Assembly (NCBI RefSeq): GCF_035084215.1
Contig: NC_090327.1
Coordinates: 91,760,001 to 91,824,000 of the forward strand
Direction: 5' to 3'
DNA from: Heptranchias perlo
Lineage: Eukaryota
DNA: 64,000 nucleotides
In this document: positions 13,350-26,669 of the stretch, one piece after another
How the letters are laid out: every line of letters starts with the position of its first letter
Numbering within the stretch: position 1 is the first letter of the stretch
Program-made: the position numbers and the translations under genes
The notes under the pieces: generated by a model
Seen by the model: only the letters and a program-made list of their open reading frames with translations
The model's database searches: none
Told to the model about the DNA's origin: nothing

Positions 13350-15385
13350 TGAAACAGAAAATTTACGGCTCAGAAGGAGGCCATTCGGCCCATCATATCT
13401 GAGCCGGTCGAAATAAAGCTACCCAGCCTAATCCCACTTTCCAGCACTTGGTCCGCAGCATTGTAGGTTATGGCACTTCAAGTGCATATCCAAGTACTTT
13501 TTAAATGTGATGAGGGTTTCTACCTCTACCACCCTTTCAGGTAGTGAGTTCCAGACCCCTACCACCCTCTGGGTGAAAAAAAATTAACTCAGTTCCTGTC
13601 TAATCCTTCTTCTAATCATTTTAAATCTATGCCCCCTGGTTATTAACCTCTCTGCTAAGGGAAATAGGTCCTTCCTGTCAACTCTATCTAGGCCCCTCAT
13701 AATTTTATACACCTCAATTAAATCTCCCCTCAGCCTCCTCTGTTCCAAAGAAAACAACCCCAGCCTATCCAATCTTTCCTCAGAGCTAAAATTCTCCAGG
13801 ACTGGCAACATCCTCGTAAATCTCCTCTGTACCCTCTCCAGTGCAATCACATCTTTCCTGTAATGTGGTGTGACCAGAACTGTACGCAGTACTCAAGCTG
13901 TGGCCTAACTAGTGTTTTCTACAGTTCTCGTATAACCTCCCGGCTCTTATATTCTATGCCTTGGCTAATAAAGGAAACTATCCCATATGCCTTTGTGGAA
14001 ATGCATGAAGGGATACTTGACCATATTAATGTGGACGTGCATGAAGGGATACTTGACCATATTAACTCTTTATTAACTCACATAATAGGTTTAGCCACAA
14101 CATACATAGAAGCACAATTGTGTAATTACGTTTAAGCCTTGGTTTGTTGATAATTATGTTAGTTGAACAGGTGCTTAGTTCAGCCTGGCCTCTCAAAGAT
14201 AAGGGTGTAGCTGACTACAGAATATAATAGAATACAGTTTCTTGAACGGCCATGTGGCCTTGAGACTAGCTTCAGCCCTACTGATAACAAGGACAGGAAT
14301 GTAGGGAGGAAGGGAATGCTCAGGCCTACGTGCAAAAGTAATAGATGGCTATGGATGTTCAGGGGGCAGGCTCACTACTTGATTGACCAACTACCTGAGC
14401 CAATAAAGAATGTATGTGTACACCCATATTCTGTAACATATGGGCCTTCTTTACTGAACTGTATAAACATGAGCTGTTTCACTGACTCGGGGAAGCTGTA
14501 CCTTCAACCATTGTTTTGAGGTGCTCTTCCACTTGTATACAAGTTGGGCGCAATAAAGTTTCTCTTTGTACTACTTGTTTAGGTGTTAATGCATTGGTAT
14601 AGTGTAAATTTCGACACCTTCTTAACCACCTTATCTACCTGACCTGATACCTTCAGGGATCTCTGGACATGAATTCCAAGGTCCCTCTCTTCCTCTACAC
14701 CTCTTAGTATCCTTTCATTTATTGTGTATTCCCTTGCCTTGTTTGACCTTCCCAAATGCATTACCCCACACTTCTCCGGATTGAATTCCATTTGCCACTT
14801 TTCTGCCCACCAGACCAGTCCATTGATATCTTCCTGCACTCTACAGCTTTCTTCCTCACTATCAACTACACGGCCAATTTTTGCATCATCTGCAAACTTC
14901 TTAATCGTGCCCCCTACATTTAAGTCTAAATCATTAATATGTACCACAAAAAGCAAGGGACCTAGTACTGAGCCCTGCGGAACCCCACTGGAAACAGTCT
15001 TCCGGTCGCAAAAACACCCATCGACCATTACCCTTTGCTTCCTGCCACTGAGCCAATTTTGGATCTAATTTGCCACTTTCCCTTGGATCCCATGGGCGTT
15101 TATTTTTTTGACCAGTCTGCCATATGGCACCTGTCAAGAGCCTTGTTAAAATTCATGTACACCACATCAAATGCACTACCCTCATCGACTCTCCTCGTTA
15201 CCTCCTCAAAAAATTCAATCAAATTGGTCAGGCAAGACCTTCCCTTGACAAATCCATGTTGTCTGTCCTTGATTAATCCGTGCCTTTCTAAATGACGGTT
15301 TATACTGTCCCTCAGAATTGATTCCAAGAATTTGCCCACCACCGAGGTTAGACTGTCTGGCCTGTAATTACTAGGTCTATCCTTT
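13350..15385 (-). mobile_element. CR1 LINE fragment (RT domain to 3' end) split by a solo LTR
   Basis: [39 protein letters not shown] on both sides of 13994-14616. Confidence 0.92.
13994..14616 (+). mobile_element. Solo LTR (ERV- or Gypsy-type)
   Basis: TG..CA ends (tgtggaa / ttcgaca); 4-bp TSD cctt (13990-13993, 14617-14620); CCAAT near 14400, tataaa near 14462, aataaa at 14552; CR1 resumes in register. Confidence 0.85.
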
Positions 15386-15936
15386 ACTCATTATCTCTTT
15401 CAGTATGTCTGGTACTGTGTATCACTCTCGTACACTTAATTTTTCTGTCTCATTTCTGCTATTTTTACCTTTTGTTGTCGCTTAGCCGCTTTCTTTCTTT
15501 CTAATTTTATCTTTTATTTTGTATGTTTTTATCTTTTGTGAGGTAGATCATACAGTTGGGAGGTGTCACATGCATGGTGGCCCCATTTGAACAGCGCCAA
15601 GCATCCGCAGAGAGCAGGAAAAGATTGAACAACTGCAAGTTTCTGCACGCATGAATGAAATAGGTGGAAAAACATAGCGACCATACATAGCTACTGAGGG
15701 CCAAACAAGAAACAGTGAGGGACAATGGCCCTGATATTAGAATGGAGACAGGATGGCAGCGGGGTGGTGAATGAGCGCGTGGGTAACCCAACCAATAAAT
15801 TCAATTAGTGCCACTTAACGTGGCTTCCGGGTTTGCCGTCGGAAAGCTGCGCAGCAGGCGGACTGCGGACCCGCATCACAGGCTGTCAGCTGGAGGAGCT
15901 CTATTTAAAGAGCCATTGCGCCAAAGGCAAACCACA

Positions 15937-17799
15937 ATGGAGCAGCATGGAGCAAGGCTGCTCCAAGGTTCAGTGAATCCTCCTCCTCCTCACACCGTCC
16001 TGGAGTGAGGCAAGTGTTTTACCCCGCGGACGGGAGGAAGTACCCTGCCTCTGCCACCAAGAAGGCCTGGCTCGAGGTGGCAGAGGAGGTCACCAGCAGC
16101 AGCAACTTCTCCCATACCTGGATCCAGTGCAAGAAGCATTTCAATGACCTAACTAGGTCAGCAAAAGTGAATACACTTACTGAGTCTCCTGCATTCCGTG
16201 TTGTACATCACCGCCTCCCCCCTGCCCCAACTCATTCTGCACTGCCAAGACTACTCCATCACATCACTCCTCACACCCACTTAAGGCTCATCCTCAACTT
16301 ACCTGCACTTCCTCACCTCCCCATTAGTCACCCCACCACTACCACTCACCCCAATCCTCATCCAATGTGATGTCTCTATCTGATACTCATCCTCTGATGC
16401 ACCTCTTTCACAGTCAGCCTCACCCAGAGCAATGCATTCATCGGCTGAGCACTTCACCATCACTCACACGTGTGTTCTTTGTCCCCTTCTAGAAGAGCGC
16501 GCAAAATGCAGGAGAGAGGGCGAGGACTGCAGGTGGGCCACAACAAGTAGTGGTCCTCACAGACGCAGAGCAGGAGGCGCTGGAGCTCAGCCATGCCCCC
16601 GAGTGCCTGTCCGTTGGGGACGGCGAGACTGGCAACCCTCAAACATCTGGTGACACAACTTTAACATTCATCACACACAATGTGAATTGATGTTAACATT
16701 GCCTGCCATCTTCAACACCTCAGTATGCTCATCGCAACATGACACATCTGTGATGATGCTTAATACTGCCTTCAGTTCTCTTACAGGGACTTCAACGACC
16801 GCAGTGACGGCAGAGGGCGATTCCTCAGGGGACCTGCCGGCCTCTGAGGGTGCACCGTCACATCTTAGCAAGCCATCCACCAGCACAGATACTCACACCT
16901 CGGTGGGTCCTAGTAGTCAGTTAGTTGAGTTGGCACCTGGTGAGTCACCACACACAAGTGAGCACGAGCAGACATTGGTGGCAGGGGCAGTTGTGGAGAG
17001 TCCACGTCGGTGGGCGCACTCCTCTCCAGGCTCTGCTCAGCTGGACTCAGAAGCTGAACCCCGGGGGCCGTCCTTTAAGAGGAGAATGATCGAGGGACAG
17101 CAGCACATTTGCGAGGTACTAGAACAGGTGCCATGCATACTTTCCACAATAGCACAGAGGATGGAGGAGTCCAACTCCTGCATGAGTGGACTGGTGGCAC
17201 AGGTACGGGAGGGAATCTCTGAGATAGTGTCACTGGGACGTGAGCAACTGTCTAAGATAGTCTCACAGGTAAGTGCAGGAATATCTGCGATAGAGAGATG
17301 GCTAGCCTCCGTTGAGCTTCAAATACGGCTCACCAATGAGTCCATTCGGACTCAGAGTGAACAACATTCTGCTGCCTTAGACAGGCAGACAGATACACTA
17401 GCACTGGCCTTAAAGGCATCACAAATGTCCCATCTCCAAACTGTTGTCCAGCAGAGTTGTAAGAGTGATGTGGCCCTACCCCAGGGGAGGGACGATGGTG
17501 AAAGGGGACGTGGAAGTGTGGACGCCACTCAAAGCGCTCCCACATCTCACCCATTGCCCCCCTCTCTACCAGTACCCGCAATGCTGCCTCCTCTCCAGGT
17601 GGCCGAGTCTGTCCCTGCACAGGTGCAGGTGGAGCAGTCTTTGGAGGGGCCCTCACAGGCTCCAAAACCCAGAGGGCGTAGGCCCAAAGCATCTGAGCAG
17701 CCAGGGCATGAACATGAGCAACCTGCCACTACCTCTGCTGCAGCCATAGGGGATGCACCACGTAGAAGTAGTCGGAAGAGAAAGGCTAAAGTTTTGTGA
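15937..17799 (+). pseudogene. Harbinger Myb/SANT-like DNA-binding protein, 3 exons (about 15937-16166, 16493-16649, 16787-17799)
   Basis: KKAWLEVAEEV..WIQCKKHFNDL trihelix motif; GT/AG junctions; TATA-like ctatttaaag at 15901; exons 1-2 appear disrupted, exon 3 open. Confidence 0.8.
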
Positions 17800-18114
17800 A
17801 CACAAAGGGTATGCACAACAGTGTTTGACAGATGGTCATTTTTTCCATTTATATTTGCTTTTTGTTAGTCGCATTAGATGTTATGACTGTCACCACTACT
17901 GCCACATCTTACCCATTCTTGACTGACTTTTGTGTTAGGGCCCTTTCATGAGGTCCAACATGAACGGCGACAGTTGATGCCACCAATTGGGTCACTTTAC
18001 AGTGGGTGTATGTTTAGTTGCAGGACTGTTTTATGCAGGGAGGGGTGGGCGGCCTGGTCTGGGCGCTGCTCTTTCCAGGTGGTCGGAGGACTGGACTCTT
18101 CACACTTTCTGATG

Positions 18115-19280
18115 TTAGGAGAACCGTTCACATATTATTGACTCCCTGGCCTCACGAGCAGCCAGGTGAGCCGCTGCTCTGCCCATGGGTTCCTCCTCCT
18201 CAATGTGGTTGGCAGATGTGGATGTAGCCTCCTCAAACAGCACTCCTCTCTGTTGTGCCATGTTGTGCAGGGCACAACACATTACTATAATGCGTCCCAC
18301 TCTGTCTGGTATGTATTGAAGTGCTCCCCCAGAACAATCAAGGCACCTAAATCGCATCTTGAGCAGTCCTATAGCATGCTCAATTGTAGACCTGGTGGCG
18401 ATGTGGCTGTTGTTTTATTGAGGCTGTGGCTTGGTGATGGGGTTCCTCAGAGGTGTCATGAGCCACGTATGCAGGAGATATCTGTTGTCCCCGAGGAGCC
18501 AGCCCTAAAGGGTGTTCGGTGCTTGAAAGAGGGGCAGGATGTTGGATTGCCTCAGAATGAAGGAACTGTGGCAGCTGCCAGGGAGTCTGGCGCACACGTG
18601 AAGGAATCTTTTGTGGTTGTCACAAACGAGCTGAATGTTGATGAAGTGATACCCCTTTCTGTTGATGAACAGTTTAGGCTCGTGTGGAGGTGCTCGTATT
18701 GCAATATGGGTGCAATTGATTACACCTGCAGACATGGGAAGCCTGCCACAGAGTGGAATCCCACTGCCTCTCCATCTGGCTGAGGTCGTCCATGGGAGAG
18801 TTGACGTACTGCGAGGCTCTGCAAAACAAGCCATTGGTGACCTGCCTTATGCACTTGTGTGCAGACAACTGAGAGACCCCGGTGACGTCCCCGGTAGCAC
18901 CCTGGAATGATCCGAAGGCGAAGAAGTTGAGGGCAGTGGTGACTTTGACAGTGACGGGTAATGAGATGCCGCTCCCCCCAGTCAGGAGCAACTCGGCATG
19001 AAGGAGACTGCAGATGTCTGCGACTACCTGGCGACTTGCTCTTAGCCTCTGTATGCACTGCTCCTCAGAGAGGTCCAGGAAGTTGAGCCTCGGTCTGTAG
19101 ACCCTGTAGCGAGGGTAGTGCCTCCTGTGACGTCGCTCCCTCTATTGTTCCTCTCTGTGCTCTTATGCAGGTGCCTGTGGCGCAGAACTGTGTTGTGGAG
19201 CTGCAAATGGCGGAAGTGCACACCTTGCCTGGCGAGGCTGGTGATGTTGTAGTAGTGAATGCAGCCATGGTATCCCCCAT
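18115..19280 (-). pseudogene. Harbinger DDE transposase (HARBI1-like), frameshifted
   Basis: LPVTVKVTTALNFFAFGSFQ, GVINCTHIAI (catalytic D appears as N), NRKGYHFINIQLVCD, PGSCHSSFIL, RFRCLD, CCALHN. Confidence 0.9.
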
Positions 19281-20464
19281 CCTGATGGGGAGAGTTCGAG
19301 GGGGTGCGAAAAGTTGTTAAATATGTGAACAGAAGAATTGTGAGTGGAGAGTACGAATTTTCAGTGAAAACACAAAGATCTCGCAGCCAAAAGTTTGTGT
19401 GAAAGAATGAGTGCCCTGTAGCAAGAACTCACCTTTTCTCCCCATCTGTCAAACAAGTATTGAATGTCCAACTGGCTGCTGGCTGAAAACAGCTGGTAGA
19501 ACATGGAGTGTTTCCCACAGCACGGGAAACACGCTGAGGATGTTTAAAAATCGGACCCCTGCCTCAATGTTTACGAAATTAAGTACTTCAAGTATCTAAA
19601 TAAGTCTCTTAACTATCATCCCGTCGGCTTTAATTGCCGGTGGGACTTCTGCATTCGGGAGGCACACACGCACCCAGACGCATCAATGGGGAACCCAGAA
19701 GTCTGCAGGTTGGAGCCAGGTTCCAAACCCACTCGGGATTTCTGTGATTTTCGGAGCCCCTGCCCCCAACGCACTCGCTACTTCACTCGAAAATCGAGCC
19801 CAATGACTTCTCAGACCACAAGGGTCTGGAGGCATGAAAAATCTTGCAATCCAAGGCCCAACCCCAGGAACAGAATAGAGACCAAGCCTCAGACTGCTGA
19901 GAGAACGCATGACTGTGTCGGCAAAAAGTTTTGCTTCTATTAGAAGATTGGTTGAGTACGTTTTCTGATTTTTGTTCAGAGTTGCTAAATATTTTTAAGT
20001 TACAAATAGTATTTTTTGGGGTACATAATGGGAATGTGGGAAAACAACATGTCCATTAAGAGGACTTTGAAAGAAATGTTCATGGATGCGATTGGTTCCT
20101 TTTTTTGTGAAAAGCAATTTGAGTAACTGTGAAACAAAGGTGTAAGCATTTTTTGAATCGTGAAATTTAAACTGGTCGGCATGCTTTACATTCTATAGAC
20201 ACACTCTGGTGATTTTATAATATGAAAAATTGCACTCAAAGAACAAAGAGTACAATTCATTGCTAGAAACAGGATGGCTCCTGTGCATTTTATTATTTTT
20301 TCTTTCAATAAGTGCCCCCTATTGATGCAAAGCTTGTGAGAATTTACATCAGAGATTTGGGCCTTTAAATTGACCCATGGGATACTAACTTGCAAAATGT
20401 GTTAATCTGAAATTTCTCTCCACTATTTCAGCAGGAAGATTAACCTATTAATTTTAAACATTAA

Positions 20465-21191
20465 GGGGCAGAGTTTCCGCTTTGGGTGCAATCGGGATAT
20501 TGCGTCCAAAATGCACTCAAAATTGCACTTTTATAGGCTACAGTTCAAGTATCTGAAAATTCATTTGCATAATTACAAATGTAAAACCTTCAATGAACCA
20601 GCGTGATCGGGCAGCATAATAGAACGTAATCGTTTATTTATTTTTCTTTCAATTAAAGAGAATGCATTGATGTATTTAAGAGTGGTAACTTGATGCAGCT
20701 TTATTAATACCACTGATAATGGGTTTATCACAAAAAAATAAGCATTTTTAATGAGTGTCCAGTCCTCCATATGTGAATAACCTGATTTAAAATCATTACA
20801 AATGACTTTTTAAAAAAAACTATACTGAACCATTTACTGCATTCATTGGTGTACACTGGTCAGTTTCTTAGTAAATTAAGTATTTTTTGTAAAAACTTTT
20901 AAAATGTACCTACGCGCCTACGAAAACGAGCTCAATTTGACGAGCCTTCCCTAACCAATGCAATCGGTGGATTCTCGCAATGTTGACCTGGGGGCGTGGC
21001 CAGTTTTGTGGGTGGGGCCTGATCCGGGCGAATTGAATTTTAAACCAGTGAAAAAGATCGTAAACATGAACGCAGATGTTTTGGGTGCAATTCACTTACG
21101 TTTAATATTCCCCGATCTTTTGGGTTGGTTTGGTCGATTTCGCTCAGATTGCTCTGATATTACTGGCAGAAATGAACGGAAACTCTACCTC
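20465..21191. mobile_element. Harbinger-type MITE
   Basis: TIRs ggggcagagtttccg / cggaaactctacctc; CpG-rich ends, AT-rich core; no clean TSD. Confidence 0.7.
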
Positions 21192-22364
21192 GATATGTCC
21201 ATATGCGAAGATCCCACAGGATAATTTCAGGACTTGGATTTTCTTACCACAAAATATCAGTTCAATAATATTATTTTTACTGCTTTCTTTATGTAAAGTA
21301 AAAAATTATAGCAACCGCAGCTTATTTTCAATCATATTCACATCACATTCCAAAAACAACCAGAGACCTAATGCAAAGTCGTGACAAAACTATATAAATT
21401 GCATATCTCATTAACCTTGTTGCATTATAGTTTTGCTGCTACAAGTAAATAAACTCACAACTTAACCCAGCAATCATCTTGTTCAGTTATCCTAAAGATA
21501 TTTTGGTTTTGTCCTAGCTATGTTGTTGCATTTGCTATTTGTTCATTTTATCTGGACCTTCCAATACATCCTCAAATATTGTACATTTACAACAATAAAG
21601 ATCAAATAATCCTGTTGTATTATTCAGCCATTTGTTGCATTTGCTATGAATAATTTAATGGAGCTGTATCCACTTACAAGACATAAATTACACAGCACCA
21701 GATTAAGATATTAAAAATGCCAATGGCCATGATGTTTGCATTATTATAATTGTCTTTGACAAGTTTAAAGATATAAAGCATCTTTGAAACACCACTACCT
21801 AAAGAGCTTAAATGATACATGCACGCATTAACAGCAGAACAATGTCTCCATCTCCTCAAGGCCTGAGGTAACGGTTCCACCTATAAACATTACCTTTATT
21901 GCTAGGTTCTGATTGCATCTACTGTCATCGTCTATACCACAAACTAGCCTATATAATTTCTTTCTGGCAAGGTATGTTCATCAGATGATCCAGCTCGGTC
22001 AAATTCTATGAGGCTAAATTAGTTAAATTAGAAACAAGTTATATAAATGCTTCAATTAATTTTTATTTGCTCTCACTGGACTATGTTTCCATTGAAGAAA
22101 AAAAAATCTACAAATTTCAAAGAAAAGCTGTTTCCACTATATTTTGTTTTAAAATATTATTTTCAAGCTTTTACGACAACTCATAATATCCCTTGCGACA
22201 AATTTAAATTTCCCCCATAGGATGGTGGCTTGTCAGATATTGCACACTGTATAGGGTTCAACCCTACACTTCGGGATGCATTTGTGGATTTCTTTGAATA
22301 AAGGTTCATTGTGGCAATATTGGATACAATCTACTGAATCACATGTGCGATTCCTACTACCTTT

Positions 22365-24770
22365 ACATAGGGATATCAAGGACAACAATAAAGGTTTTTG
22401 CAAATATATTAAAAGAAATAGGATAGCTAAGAGTAATGTGGGCCCCTTATTGGCAGGCACAGGTGATACTCTAATTGGAAATCAGGAAATTACTGACTTA
22501 CTAAAAAGCTACTTTGTATCAGTCTTCACGGTGGAGAAGGAGGATAAAGGAATAGAATATAAAAGTAGGAATGTAATACTAGAACTGTATCAAACACTAT
22601 TTAGGCCACAGCTAGAGTATTGCATTCAATTCTGGTCACCACATTACAGGAAAGATGTGATTGCACTTGAGAGGTTACAAAGGAGATTTACGAGGATGTT
22701 GCCAAGACTGGAGAATTTTAGCTATGAGGAAACATTGGATAAGCTGGGTTGTTTTCCTTGGCACAGAGGAGGCTGAGGGGAGATTTAATTGAGGTGTATA
22801 AGATTATGCGAGGCCTAGATAGAGTGGATAGGAAGGGCCTATTTCTCTGAGCAGAGGGATCAATAACCAAGGGCATAGATTTAAAGTATTTGGTAGAAGG
22901 CTTCAAAGGGAGCTGAGGAAAAAATTTTTTACTCAGAGGGTAGAACTCACTGCGTGGAAGGGTGGTAGAGGCAGAAACCCTTACTGCATTTAAAAGGTGC
23001 CTGGATGTGCACTTGAAGTACCGCAACCTACAAGGCTACAGACCAAGAGCTGGAAAGTGGGATTAAGCTGGATAGCTCTTTTTCGGCCAGCACAGACATG
23101 ATGGGCCAAATGGACTCCTTCTGTGCCGTAAATTTCTATGAAAGTACTAGAGATACAAGAAAAAATTAAAATAAATTAAGGAGAGGAGCTAACTAGATTC
23201 AATATAAGTAAAAAAAAATGGTGATGGAGAAACTAACAAATTAAAGATTGACAAATCTCCAGGACCCGATGGTTTCCACCCCAGGATATGAAAAGAAGTA
23301 GGCGAGGAAATTGTTAATGTGTAGTTATGACCTTCTAAAACTCTCAATTCAGGAATTGTCCCCTTGGATTGGAAAGCTGCCGATGTCGCTCCATTATTTA
23401 ATAAGGATAGGAGAGATAAACTAAGACATTATAGACCTAGTCAATTGTGAGGAAGTTATTGGAATCTGTTATTAGGCACAGAGTGGCTGAGCATTTGGAC
23501 AAATATAAGCTGATCAGAGAAAGCCAGCATGGATTTGTAGATGGTGAATCATGTCTAATGAACCTATTTGAATTTTTTGAGGAGGTAACAAATGTAACAG
23601 ATAAGGGAGTGTATATGGATGTTATTTATAAGGACTTCCAGAAGGAATTTGACAGGATTCCACATAAGAGACAGTAAACAAAAGTGAGAGTGCATGGAAT
23701 TGGAGGCAACGTATTGGCTTGGATAGGGAATTGGTTAGGAGGTAGACAGAGAGTAGCGATAATGGGTATGTACTCAAATTGGCAGGTTGTGACTAGTGAC
23801 GTCCCCCAGGGATCTGCACTGGGCCCTCAGCTTTTCACTATATTTATAAATGACTTTGATGAAGGAGCAGAGAGCCATATATCTAAATTTGCTGACGACA
23901 TTAAGTTAGGTGGCACAGTAAATAGTGTGGACAGAAGCAGAAAATTGCAAAGGAACATTGATAGATTAAGTGAGTGGGCAAAACTGTGGCAAATGGAGTT
24001 CAATGTAGGGAAGTGTGAGGTCATCCACTTTGGACCTAATAAAGATAGATCAGAGTATTTTCTAAATGGTGAGAAGCTAGGAACTGTGGAGGAGCAAAGA
24101 GATTTAGGGATCCAAGTGCAGAAATCACTAAAAGCTAGTGGACAGTACAAAAAATAATTTAAAAGTCTAATGGAATGTTGGTCTTTATCTCAAGAGGGCT
24201 GGAATACAAAGGGTGGATATTATATTACAGCTATACAGAACTCTGGTTAGACCACTGTGTTCAATTCTGGGCACTGTACCTCGAAGGAAATATTGGCTTG
24301 AAGGGGGTGCAGCGTAGATTCACCAGAATGATTCCGGGGCTAAGACGGTTAAATTATGAGGACACATTGCATAGACTAGACTTGCATTCAATGGAAATTA
24401 AAGGTGTTTAAGATGATCAAAGAAGTTGATAGGGTAGAGAGAAAGAAACTATTTCCTCTGATGGGCGAGTCCAGGAGAAGGGGGCATAGCCTTAAAATTA
24501 GAGCTAGGCTGTTCAAGGGTGATGTCAGAAAGCACTTCTTCACATAAAGGTTAGTGGAAATCTGGAACTCTCACCAAAATAACTGTTGAGGCTAGGTCAA
24601 TTCAAAATTTTAAGATTGAGATTGATAGATTTTTGTTAAGCAAAGGTATTAAGGGTTACGGAACCAAGGCAGGTAGATGGAGTTAAGATAAAGATGATCC
24701 ATGATCTAACTGAATGGCAGAACAGGCTCGAGGGGCTGAATGGCCTACTCCTGTTCCTATGTCCCCATGT
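22365..24770 (+). mobile_element. CR1 LINE fragment, interrupted at 22546-23140
   Basis: [39 protein letters not shown], then 3'UTR. Confidence 0.9.
22546..23140 (+). mobile_element. Nested CR1 3' insertion
   Basis: GIEYKS..RPQLEYC..3'UTR ending tttctatg; aaag at both junctions; outer CR1 resumes at 23141. Confidence 0.75.
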
Positions 24771-24879
24771 ACTGTGCATGTTGGACACTGTGAACAACTT
24801 TTGCTGTTACTGCAAATACCCTGCAGTAACAGCAAAAGTTGTTCAGTGTCCAATCTTTGGTTCTTCAATCTGCAGAGAT

Positions 24880-25855
24880 TTTAAGAAATATTTGCTGTGA
24901 TTTTACTTGTTCTCAGCAAGTCTTTCTCCAAGCTTTTTTTTTGTTACTTTTCGTTGCTTTTACTTGTGTCTATAATTTACCTAATCTGCCTGGCAACTGG
25001 TTTCCTCATATGTTTTGAACTCTTTTTACTTATCCAAAATACTATTATTTAGATCCTCATATAGACCTGTGATGCCCTTTCACCTTTTCTGATTTGGCCA
25101 GGATGAATTTCAATTATAGGCTCACCAACATTTCCTTAAATACTTCCCAATTTTCTACTTTAGAGCTCTCAACCATTATTGATCCAATTAACCTTCCTGA
25201 ACTCATTTTGCATTTTCTCAAAGTCGGCTCTTTTAAAGTCCAGTAGTTTTGTGTCACTGAATCTTTGAATAACCTCAAATATTGCAGTTCCACGGGCATT
25301 ATGACCAGTGAATTCTAGATGCTCCACGGCTCCTAACTCATGTACCATACCTGGATTTTATTAATAGAACCAGAATAGCTACGGATTACACCAACTGTTT
25401 GACAAATTAACTGAGGAAGCACTCCTCTTTGGTTTTACCTCCAGGATTTTTCCAGTCAATATCTGGGTAATTGAAAATCCCCATGATTAACATTCTGATC
25501 TTTTCCTCCCAGATCCATAGAAACATTTTTCTGTCTATCCTCTCCTCCTACCAAGAAGCATTTAAGAACCACCATTAATTTTTACCTTTACTATCCTTGG
25601 TGTCAATCTACACTGTCTTAGCTGCATCAGTCAAGGCACTTGCATCATTGCTTTCTGTCATACAAAATCCTCTTTCTTCCATATTGCCACTTCTCAGCCT
25701 GCTTTTTTGTGCACGTCCCTTCTGTAGACTCTGTACTGTTGCATTTTAATAACACAGTCAATGTTATGATTTAACCAGGTCACTTATTCCTATTCTACTA
25801 TACTTTTCCTTGAGGGGTTCCTTAATCCACAAACCTGTTTTTTATGTTCCTGATA
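24880..25855 (-). mobile_element. Highly decayed CR1 5' ORF2 (endonuclease region)
   Basis: Minus strand encodes a degenerate GDFNYPDIDW-type motif near 25455-25485. Confidence 0.6.
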
Positions 25856-25857
25856 TT

Positions 25858-26260
25858 AACAACAACTTGCATTTATATAGTGTCCTTAATGTAAACTAAT
25901 GCCCTAAGGTGCTTCATAAATGGGTATAAGGAAAACAGATGTTGATCCAGGAAAGCAAAGATTATGAGGGTAATCAAAAGTTTGATCAAAGATAGGAGTC
26001 TTGAAGATTGTATTTTCCCCAAGTGGAGAGGCTTAGACAGGGGTTCAAAGAATAGGACCAAGGCAGTTGAAAGCTCGATCAACAATGATGGGATTCACTG
26101 TGGAAAGGAAAATCAGGCGAGGCGTATAACAAATGGCCGATCCGCCCCTGCCAAAGTTGAAAGTTCCGCCCATGGGGATGGAGGAGATTGAAAAGATAGG
26201 GTGGGCAAAGCCATGGATGGATTTATAGACAAGGACAAGGATTTTAAAATTAATGCATGG
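25858..26260 (-). mobile_element. L2-clade LINE 3' fragment
   Basis: aacaacttgcatttatatag tail; INFKILVLVYKSIHGFAHP. Confidence 0.7.
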
Positions 26261-26491
26261 CATTAACTATATTAGTGCAAAAATACTTAAGACTTACTCT
26301 ATTATTTCTGCTTCTTTGTTCTTGTCCTCCATCCGATTTACTTGTAAGCATTTTCTCTTGTGATACAGGAGTCCTCATTAGTATTATTGCATTCCGCATG
26401 CACATGTTTTATAATACAACATGCATACTTTCATATGCAGTATATATATTTCAGTACGTTATCTCTGCATCTTATTGCATGGGGCACATCA

Positions 26492-26669
26492 TGTTAAAAT
26501 TGGATAGCCATGTGGTGAAGGATAGAATACTAGAGCCTGGTCTTTAGTTGCTTTCAAGCCTTTATTCAGAGTTTCCTCTTGCACACACACCACACCCTAG
26601 CTGAGCTCTCCGATAAAAAGGATACAAGAAAGTCCCCAATCGATACCCACCACCTGAATACAATTAACA
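26492..26669 (-). repeat. Copia 3' LTR (178 bp)
   Basis: tgttaa..ttaaca ends; adjacent polypurine tract on minus at 26670-26686. Confidence 0.88.

Larger units (their letters stand above)
15727..19801. mobile_element. Full-length PIF/Harbinger transposon (two convergent genes, decayed)
   Basis: Imperfect TIRs ggccctgatatt / aaaatcgagccc; 3-bp TSD aat; Myb/SANT gene on +, DDE nuclease on -. Confidence 0.88.

Noticed and set aside
16687-17799. 370-aa ORF as a standalone host gene
   Set aside because: Lies inside Harbinger TIRs; its 5' part is intron upstream of the acceptor at 16786
18166-18783. 205-aa plus-strand ORF
   Set aside because: Antisense shadow of the transposase
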